UHGV virus genome: UHGV-0213559
Length of the DNA stretch: 43,138 nucleotides
Reading direction: 5' to 3' (one strand)
DNA from: a virus
Part shown: piece by piece, positions 36,377 to 43,138 of the stretch
Numbering within the stretch: position 1 is the first letter of the stretch
Layout: every line of letters begins with the position of its first letter
Made by a program: the position numbers and the translations under genes
Notes under the pieces: model-generated
What the model was told of the DNA's origin: nothing
The model's database searches: none
What the model saw: the letters and a program-made list of their open reading frames with translations, nothing else

Positions 36377-37001
36377 CAGTATCACGGAAATTATTGAGGC
36401 GCTGGAACGCTACAGTGAAATCATAACCCCCTGGGCGACAAAGGTCGCGGAAAACTTTACCGCCGACATTGTGCGCAAGAATGATGAGCAGTGGCGTAAA
36501 CACAGCAAAACCATCAGCCGTGAGCTACGCAATCTGGTAAACAGTGCCCCTCCAGGGCAGGTGATGAAATCCATCGTTGCTGAACAGGTTAAGTACATCA
36601 AATCGCTACCCCTCGAGGCGGCTGACAGGGTGTACGACATCCAGAATCGGGCGATAGAAGCTGTTGTGACCGGTGGGAGAGCGGAACATTTTGCTAAAGA
36701 AATAGCCGCATCGGGTGATATAGCAAAGTCCAGAGCTGACCTGATTGCCCGTACTGAACTTGGACGTGCAACCGGCGCGCTGGATCAGGCGCGTGCGCTG
36801 TCAATTGGTTCGAATGGTTATATCTGGCGTACAGCCGAAGATGGTGACGTCAGGCATTCTCATCGGGAAATGGAAGGTAAATTTGTCGAATGGGGCAAAC
36901 CTCCAACGCTTGACGGCATGACCGGTCACGCTGGCGAGCTCCCGAATTGTCGCTGTTATAAAGAAATCGTTTTTCCCACCTCCCAATCTTATCCCGCCTG
37001 A
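36267..37001 (+). CDS. head morphogenesis protein (Mu F / SPP1 gp7-like)
   Basis: follows the portal gene; start uncertain (overlaps the portal 3' end in another frame). Confidence 0.5.
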   Translation: MTNRRNRQAEIRYRTSLRRIARAVGDIVNGRYDGSNDSITEIIEALERYSEIITPWATKVAENFTADIVRKNDEQWRKHSKTISRELRNLVNSAPPGQVMKSIVAEQVKYIKSLPLEAADRVYDIQNRAIEAVVTGGRAEHFAKEIAASGDIAKSRADLIARTELGRATGALDQARALSIGSNGYIWRTAEDGDVRHSHREMEGKFVEWGKPPTLDGMTGHAGELPNCRCYKEIVFPTSQSYPA

Positions 37002-37015
37002 ATCGCAGGTAAACC

Positions 37016-38236
37016 ATGAAATATTTTTTCAATACCCGGCTGGGTGAAACCCGCTATCAGCTGGCTGACGGCTCTCTGTTGTGCAAAGACGTGCCGATAG
37101 GTCGAACGGGTAAACAGCTCTACGGCGCTGCCGATCTGCCAAAACTGAAACCCGATAAGTTCGGTGAAATAGTCGTCACGCGCTCTCCTGAGCAGGTATT
37201 CCATCCCGCCACGCTTGCCTCATTCGAAGGAATGAGTATCACGGTGTTGCATCCTGAAGATGAAAACGGGAATGTGCGGCTGGTGAATCCAGAGAACTGG
37301 AAAGAGCTTGCTGTCGGGCACATCCAGAATGTCCGGCGCGGGACGGGTGAGCAGTCTGATTTGATGCTGGCTGACCTTATCGTCAAAGACGAAAGCGCCA
37401 TTCAGCTTATCGAAGATGGCCTGCGCGAAGTGTCGTGCGGCTATGACGCGGAGTACGAGCAGACCGAGCCAGGTAAAGCTGAACAGGTCGATATTACCGG
37501 AAACCATGTGGCTCTTGTCAACAAAGGCAGAGCCGGAAATCGTTGTGCAATTGGAGACAGAGACACAATGGCAAATCAAAAGAAAAACTGGTGGAACCGC
37601 ATGCGTGCAGCCATCAAGACAGGAGATGCCGACACCATGAACGAACTGGTGGAGTCGGCTCCCGCATCGGTTACAGGAGATGAGGGGGATTTGCCGCAGG
37701 GCGTTAATCTCAACATCAACCTGTCCCCGCAGCAACCGCTACCGGACAAAGCACCAGAGATGGGCGGAGGTCCAACCGGCGACAGTAATGATGACCTCAA
37801 AACATTGCTGAAAGCCCTGCTGGCTAAGCTGGAAGGAAATGCGACGGGCGATAACGACAATAAGCCTGACGATAATCCGACCGGTGACGGCGAGGACGAT
37901 GAAGAGGAAACCACAATTACTGGTGACTCAGCCTGGCGTGCCGAAGTTATCGTTCCGGGTATCGATCTGAGCCGTAAGATGAAACCGACCGCGTTCAAAC
38001 GCGAGGTTCTGGCTTCTGCTGACAAAACGCTGGTTCGCCAGATAGTCGGTGATGCGGATATCCGCAAATTACCGAAACAATCGGTCGACATGGCGTTTAA
38101 TGCCGTGTCTGAGATTGCCAAAGGGCGAAACACCCGCGCCACCACCGGCGATGCACAGCGCCCAAACATGGGCATGACCAGTATCGCTTCCCTGAACAAA
38201 CAAAACGCTGAATTCTGGGCAAACCGTAAAGGGTAA
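37016..38236 (+). CDS. head scaffold / maturation protein (DUF2213-like)
   Basis: 406 aa with an acidic, Gly/Asp-rich central linker; position between the Mu F-like and capsid genes. Confidence 0.5.
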   Translation: MKYFFNTRLGETRYQLADGSLLCKDVPIGRTGKQLYGAADLPKLKPDKFGEIVVTRSPEQVFHPATLASFEGMSITVLHPEDENGNVRLVNPENWKELAVGHIQNVRRGTGEQSDLMLADLIVKDESAIQLIEDGLREVSCGYDAEYEQTEPGKAEQVDITGNHVALVNKGRAGNRCAIGDRDTMANQKKNWWNRMRAAIKTGDADTMNELVESAPASVTGDEGDLPQGVNLNINLSPQQPLPDKAPEMGGGPTGDSNDDLKTLLKALLAKLEGNATGDNDNKPDDNPTGDGEDDEEETTITGDSAWRAEVIVPGIDLSRKMKPTAFKREVLASADKTLVRQIVGDADIRKLPKQSVDMAFNAVSEIAKGRNTRATTGDAQRPNMGMTSIASLNKQNAEFWANRKG

Positions 38237-38239
38237 AAA

Positions 38240-38746
38240 ATGAATAATGTATTTCTGTACCGGATGCCTGTTGGCATTGCCGGGGCTGTCTCTCGCCCGC
38301 AGGACTTAACCGTCGAACCGGTGGTCCTTAAATCCGATAATGCCTTCGCTGCCTATGGCCTGGCTGGTAAATACGATGATGACGGTTTTTTCGTGCCGCT
38401 GGCAGATGGTGATACCGCAGACAAGGTGAAGGGGATCTACGTGCGCCCTTATCCGACCACGTCGCAGCCGGACATGGTTCGCCAGGTGGGGACTGGCAAG
38501 AACTTCCCGGGCGACGCCATGAAGCGTGGCTACGTGACCGTTAATCTCGGTTCTGATTTTGATGCCAGCACCATCAAAAAAGGCGACCCGGTATACGTTG
38601 TCGTCTCCACTGATGAATCCATCAAAGTGCCGCTGGGTGGATTCATGTCCACGTCAGTCAGTGGCAAAAACGTGGTGCTGACCAACGCTGAATTCACAGG
38701 TGCCGGTGATGCTGACGGCAATGCAGAAATTTCCTGGAAGATTTAA
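38240..38746 (+). CDS. head-associated structural protein (decoration/cement-like)
   Basis: 168-aa ORF immediately upstream of the major capsid gene. Confidence 0.4.
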   Translation: MNNVFLYRMPVGIAGAVSRPQDLTVEPVVLKSDNAFAAYGLAGKYDDDGFFVPLADGDTADKVKGIYVRPYPTTSQPDMVRQVGTGKNFPGDAMKRGYVTVNLGSDFDASTIKKGDPVYVVVSTDESIKVPLGGFMSTSVSGKNVVLTNAEFTGAGDADGNAEISWKI

Positions 38747-38757
38747 GGAACAGACGA

Positions 38758-39699
38758 ATGATTACTTTTGATCAGGCAACCGTTGACAGCTCTGGTGCCT
38801 TTCTCATCGGGGAGCTGGAGCGACTCGACCAGACGCTGAACCTGCCGCTGGTGGGGTACACCTGGACCCGCGATATTCAGTTGCGTGAAGATGTCTCTAT
38901 CGCAGATGACATTTCCAGCTGGACGAATACCAGCTTCGCCGCAGCTGGTACTGGTGCAAATCCGAATGGCAAAAACTGGGTAGGCAAAGACTCAACCGCT
39001 ATTGCTGGCGTGAACGTGGATATCGGCAAATCCGGTAACCCGCTGAACCTGTGGGGGATGGAACTTGGCTGGACGGTCATAGAATTGCAGGCTGCTCAGC
39101 AGGTCGGACGCCCGATCGATACGCAGAAGTATGACGGGATGCAACTGAAATGGCAGATGGATAACGATGAACAGGTGTATGTTGGCGATTCCGCATTAAA
39201 CCTGAAAGGTCTTGTTACCCTGGACGGTGTTCCTGTCAACAACGCTGCCAAAACGTGGGAAACCTCAACACCGGACGAAATCCGCGCAAGCATTAACCAG
39301 GTGCTGTCTGATGCGTGGGCCGCTTCTGGTTACTCTGTGGTTCCGCGTGATTTGCTGATCCCGCCTGAGCAGTTTGCTCTGTTGTCCAGCATCATCGTTT
39401 CATCTGCGGGTAACCAGTCCCTGTTGACGTACCTTCAGACCAACACTATCAGCTATCACCAGAACGGTGTTCCGCTGAATATCCGCGCGGTTAAATGGCT
39501 GAAAGGCCGTGGTGTGGGGAATAAGGATCGCATGGTTGCGTACACCAACGATAAAAAATACGTCCGCTACCCGCTGGTTCCGCTTCAGAGTGTGCCGGTG
39601 CAGTATCGCGGTCTGTATCAGATCGTCACTTACTACGGCAAGCTGGGTGCAGTCGAGCCAGTGTATAAAGAAACTCTGTCCTATGTGGACGGTATCTGA
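38758..39699 (+). CDS. major capsid protein
   Basis: 313-aa ORF in the capsid position, followed by a strong hairpin. Confidence 0.6.
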   Translation: MITFDQATVDSSGAFLIGELERLDQTLNLPLVGYTWTRDIQLREDVSIADDISSWTNTSFAAAGTGANPNGKNWVGKDSTAIAGVNVDIGKSGNPLNLWGMELGWTVIELQAAQQVGRPIDTQKYDGMQLKWQMDNDEQVYVGDSALNLKGLVTLDGVPVNNAAKTWETSTPDEIRASINQVLSDAWAASGYSVVPRDLLIPPEQFALLSSIIVSSAGNQSLLTYLQTNTISYHQNGVPLNIRAVKWLKGRGVGNKDRMVAYTNDKKYVRYPLVPLQSVPVQYRGLYQIVTYYGKLGAVEPVYKETLSYVDGI

Positions 39700-39709
39700 T
39701 AACCAGAAT

Positions 39710-39725
39710 GGCCCCGAAAGGGGCC
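39710..39725 (+). other. stable hairpin after the capsid gene (GGCCCC-GAAA-GGGGCC)
   Basis: perfect 6-bp GC stem with GAAA loop; no downstream T-tract. Confidence 0.4.
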
Positions 39726-39739
39726 TGAAGGAAACTGAA

Positions 39740-40108
39740 ATGGCGAAAGAAAAGCTGGTTACCATCCATGTTCACACCCCGTTTACGCTGACGCTCGGCG
39801 ATCAGTCAAAACAGGAGTTTGGCCGGGGACGGCATAACGTACCGGAAGAGGTCGCGTCGCACTGGTTCACCCAGGCGCACTCTGAGCTTTCCGAAAGCGT
39901 GATTAGCGACACCGATGATCTGCAACCCATTATCGACGGCCTGCAAGCGCAGATTGCCGACAAAGATAAGCTGATTGCCGATCTGAAAGATGCATTGCTC
40001 AAACTGCAGGAGCAGAACGACAGCCTGCAGGCGCAGATTACTGCCGCCCGGACTGGCGGTAATGGGGCGAAAAATGCCAAAGAATCAAAGTCTGCCAGCG
40101 GTAAGTGA
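39740..40108 (+). CDS. hypothetical head-tail region protein
   Basis: ATG at 39740 just after the hairpin (ORF track 39509 in frame); coiled-coil-like C-terminus. Confidence 0.4.
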   Translation: MAKEKLVTIHVHTPFTLTLGDQSKQEFGRGRHNVPEEVASHWFTQAHSELSESVISDTDDLQPIIDGLQAQIADKDKLIADLKDALLKLQEQNDSLQAQITAARTGGNGAKNAKESKSASGK

Positions 40109-40481
40109 TTTTCGCCGCGACTTCCCGCAGTTTGCTGACCCAGCCAAATATCCCGAAGCACAAATCCAGTTTCGTCTGAATCTGGCTGATGTGCTGTTGA
40201 GCGAAAACATCACCGGCAAAGAGTTGTTTCCGTACTTTGCCGAGTTGTTTGTGGCTCATTACATGACGCTCTGGGCCGCAGATAGCCGGGCAATGCTCGT
40301 AGGCGTCCCGGGTGGTTCAACCAATGGTGTTCAGTCCTCAAAGTCTGTTGACAAGGTAAGCGTCAGTTATGACTCCAGCGCGACGCTGAATTCTGACGCA
40401 GGCTTCTGGAATAACACCAGATATGGCGCTGAATTTTATCAGCTGATCACGATGTTCGGTGCGGGCGGTCGCCAGCTATGA
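40074..40481 (+). CDS. hypothetical head-tail connector region protein (DUF4054-like)
   Basis: start taken at ATG 40074 (MPKNQSLP...); position between capsid and neck genes. Confidence 0.4.
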   Translation: MPKNQSLPAVSDFRRDFPQFADPAKYPEAQIQFRLNLADVLLSENITGKELFPYFAELFVAHYMTLWAADSRAMLVGVPGGSTNGVQSSKSVDKVSVSYDSSATLNSDAGFWNNTRYGAEFYQLITMFGAGGRQL

Positions 40482-41065
40482 GTTTCAAAAGCGGTGTAAC
40501 AACGAGGGTGGATAACGCTCAGGCCATTCTCGACGCGCTCAAGTCGCTAACCAAAAAGGATGTGCTGGTCGGCATCCCTTCGGAAGACAGCGAACGTGAA
40601 GATGTTCCGTTTGGTAATGCCGGGATCGGCTATGTCAACGAATACGGATCACCAGCGCAAAACATCCCCCCACGCCCGCACCTTATCCCCGGCGTTAAAT
40701 CCGTAGAGGAACAGACGGTGCCGCAACTCAAAGCAGCGGCGCAGGCTGCGCTTGATGGTAATGCGGCGGGTGCGGAAAGAGCGCTCAACCGCGCCGGAAC
40801 GCTGGCTGCCAATGGTGTCAGGCGTTACATGACCATTACCGGTTTTACACCGCTTGCTGATATCACTGTCGAAGCCCGTGCACGTCGAGGGCGCAAAGGG
40901 GCTAAGGCTGAGTTAGCACGCAGAGCGGCAGATGGAAAGCTTAATGCTATCAACCCAGATTCTGGTCAATTGATAAGCAATGAGAATGTAAGGCCGTTGA
41001 TTGATACCGGGCAATATCGCAGAGCGATTACCCATGTTGTGAGGGATAAAGATGCCGACTCTTGA
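40478..41065 (+). CDS. hypothetical head-tail joining protein
   Basis: 195-aa ORF with ATG overlapping the preceding stop. Confidence 0.4.
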   Translation: MSFKSGVTTRVDNAQAILDALKSLTKKDVLVGIPSEDSEREDVPFGNAGIGYVNEYGSPAQNIPPRPHLIPGVKSVEEQTVPQLKAAAQAALDGNAAGAERALNRAGTLAANGVRRYMTITGFTPLADITVEARARRGRKGAKAELARRAADGKLNAINPDSGQLISNENVRPLIDTGQYRRAITHVVRDKDADS

Positions 41066-41441
41066 TGTAACAGATGTGCTTTTTGACCCCGATTTTTGCG
41101 ACTTCAATTTGTGGGTAACACGCCGTGTGCAAACGGTGGATGAGGACGGGATCGGCAGCGACAGCGAAGTTAAAAAGCAGTTTGCCGGAGTCGTAACTGT
41201 TGATCGCTCTCTGGAAAACCGTCGTATGCAGGCCGGGCAGGTAATCAGTGGTGCAATTCTGATTGTGACGACTGAGCGACTGACGCAGGGACAGACTGGC
41301 CGTGATGCCGATATCGTGACGTATCAGGGCCGTGATTATCGTGTGACTTTCGTCGACCCGTATACAGCTTATGGGGCCGGATTCGTTCAGGCGCATTGTG
41401 AGTTGCTGCCGTTTGATGGGGGAATTCCGGTTGAGCAATAA
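41052..41441 (+). CDS. hypothetical neck / head-closure protein
   Basis: 129-aa ORF in the neck position. Confidence 0.4.
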   Translation: MPTLDVTDVLFDPDFCDFNLWVTRRVQTVDEDGIGSDSEVKKQFAGVVTVDRSLENRRMQAGQVISGAILIVTTERLTQGQTGRDADIVTYQGRDYRVTFVDPYTAYGAGFVQAHCELLPFDGGIPVEQ

Positions 41442-41979
41442 CACCAGCACAGAGCGCGGATGGCTGATACCAACCAGTGGCGATCCGGATTATGACGAAG
41501 CGCTCGACAGGCTGTTAAGCCAGTGGATGCGTAACGTTTCCGGTCTGTCTGCCGGGATGGTTCGCCCGCGCTGGCAGAAAGAGCTGCCGCCACTGCTACC
41601 GGCTGAAACGAACTGGTGTGCGTTTGGGGTTATCGGATGGTCAGGTGATGACAGTCCGGCATTCACCAGACAGACCGATGATGGCTCTCAGCTCTGGCGA
41701 CATGAAACGATTGAGTGTATGGCTTCGTTTTATGGACCGGCGGGGATGGTGTATGCGTCCCGGTTTCGTGACGGTATATCTGTGCCGCAGAACAATGCAG
41801 CACTGAATGCGCTGGGGCTGTCTCTTGGCGATTACACAGGTCTGACTCCCTTCCCTGAACTTATTAATCAGCAATGGGTCCGCCGCTACGATATGACGGT
41901 GCGCCTGCGCCGGAAGGTTGTGCGCGAGTACGGTATTAAATCGCTGGTGGAAGCACCAGTCATCTTTTTCGGAGATTAA
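41416..41979 (+). CDS. hypothetical tail-completion / terminator-like protein
   Basis: ORF immediately upstream of the sheath gene; start uncertain (ATG 41416 or TTG 41431). Confidence 0.4.
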   Translation: MGEFRLSNNTSTERGWLIPTSGDPDYDEALDRLLSQWMRNVSGLSAGMVRPRWQKELPPLLPAETNWCAFGVIGWSGDDSPAFTRQTDDGSQLWRHETIECMASFYGPAGMVYASRFRDGISVPQNNAALNALGLSLGDYTGLTPFPELINQQWVRRYDMTVRLRRKVVREYGIKSLVEAPVIFFGD

Positions 41980-41982
41980 GCT

Positions 41983-43128
41983 ATGGCACAGGGCTTGCCT
42001 GTATCAAACGTTGTTAATGTTGATGTGATCATGTCGCCGCGTGCAGCATCAGGGCGAAATTTTGGTGCATTACTCATTCTCGGCCCGTCCACAATCATTC
42101 CGGTAAGTGAGCGCATTCGTCGTTATTCTGCCGCGGAAGATATTGGAAAAGATTTTGGCGTGGAATCACCAGAATATAAAGCTGCGCAGGTGTTTTTCTC
42201 ACAATCACCGAAACCTCAGGAGGTTTTTGTTGGTCGTTGGGTGAAAACGAAGGGAGACAGCGAACAGGCCACGCCTGAGACGCTGGAGCAGGCTGTGAAT
42301 GCCATGCTCGATTATACTTCATGGTATGGGCTGGGGATTGCAGACGATGAAGATATTCCGGATGCAGACTGGCTGAAAGTGGCTGCGGCGATCGAATCCT
42401 CTTCTGTAAGCCGTATTCTGGCGATTACGACAAGCGATGATAAATGCCTGCAGACTGCATCCAGCGATGATTTGGCATCAAAACTGAAAACCGCCGGATA
42501 TTCACGCAGTTTTATTCAGTATTCATCGGGTAATAAATACGCTGCGTTATCTGCATTTGGCCGGGCATTCACGGTTAATTTCAATGGCAGTAATACCGCG
42601 ATTACGCTCAAGTTTAAGCAGGAGCCGGGTGTCGGGTATGAAACACTGACAGTCAGCCAGGCATCGGCACTTGATGCAAAAAACTGCAATGTATTCGTGT
42701 ACTACCAGAATGATACGGCTATCCTCCAGCAGGGAGTGATGGCTAACGGCGATTTCTTTGATGAACGCCACGGCCTGGACTGGTTACAGAATTATGTGCA
42801 GACCAACCTCTATAACCTGCTTTATACCAGCACCACGAAAGTTCCCCAGACTGAAGCCGGTATTACCCGACTGTTATCAAATGTTGAAAAATCACTGGAT
42901 CAGGCCGTTCAGAATGGACTGATTGCTCCGGGCGTATGGAACGGGGGCGACCTTGGTCAGTTGTCATCAGGTGACACACTGCCCAAAGGTTATTACGTAT
43001 ACGCCCAGCCGCTGGATGAACAGGCACAATCAGAACGTGAAGCCCGTAAGGCTCCGGTGATTCAGGCTGCAATAAAACTTGCAGGCGCGGTTCATTACGC
43101 TGACGTACAGATTAACGTTGTTCGCTAA
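41983..43128 (+). CDS. tail sheath protein (DUF3383-like, from memory)
   Basis: 381-aa ORF ending 10 nt before the window end, directly upstream (in circular order) of the tube gene at base 1. Confidence 0.6.
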   Translation: MAQGLPVSNVVNVDVIMSPRAASGRNFGALLILGPSTIIPVSERIRRYSAAEDIGKDFGVESPEYKAAQVFFSQSPKPQEVFVGRWVKTKGDSEQATPETLEQAVNAMLDYTSWYGLGIADDEDIPDADWLKVAAAIESSSVSRILAITTSDDKCLQTASSDDLASKLKTAGYSRSFIQYSSGNKYAALSAFGRAFTVNFNGSNTAITLKFKQEPGVGYETLTVSQASALDAKNCNVFVYYQNDTAILQQGVMANGDFFDERHGLDWLQNYVQTNLYNLLYTSTTKVPQTEAGITRLLSNVEKSLDQAVQNGLIAPGVWNGGDLGQLSSGDTLPKGYYVYAQPLDEQAQSEREARKAPVIQAAIKLAGAVHYADVQINVVR

Positions 43129-43138
43129 GGGGAAGTGA

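Noticed and set aside
39710-39725. Rho-independent terminator after the major capsid gene
   Set aside because: The GC hairpin is strong but is not followed by a T-tract, so it is reported only as a hairpin, possibly an RNA-stability or processing element.
1-43138. tRNA, rRNA or other structured RNA genes
   Set aside because: No cloverleaf-compatible segment with conserved tRNA features was evident in the non-coding gaps; none is reported.

Overview
The window reads as an essentially complete temperate tailed-phage genome of about 43.1 kb, laid out as a circular map: the tail sheath gene ends 10 nt before the window end and the tail tube gene starts at base 1. All family names below are from reading the translated ORFs by eye; no database search was run. 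Modules in order: a contractile-tail module (tube, chaperone with a likely -1 frameshift, tape measure, baseplate hub, spike, W/J/I-like proteins, tail fibre, tail-fibre assembly); a cargo region with a hexapeptide acyltransferase, a decayed Hin/Gin-type invertase remnant and two unknown genes; a candidate attP with a tyrosine integrase and an AlpA-like excisionase; a leftward replication/recombination operon (SNF2 helicase, VRR-NUC, family A DNA polymerase, DUF2815-like, DUF2800/Cas4-like nuclease); a CI/Cro switch with shared operator motifs; a primase-helicase followed by an iteron-rich origin; a Q-like antiterminator; a lambda-like lysis cassette (dual-start holin, lambda R-like endolysin, Rz with embedded Rz1); and a head module (TerS, TerL, portal, Mu F-like, scaffold, capsid). 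Several AT-rich cargo insertions interrupt these modules. The two best candidates for an undescribed system are the three-gene plus-strand cassette at 16790-18463, which splits the minus-strand replication operon, and the translationally coupled gene pair at 5462-6617 inside the baseplate module. Neither could be assigned to a known family from sequence alone.
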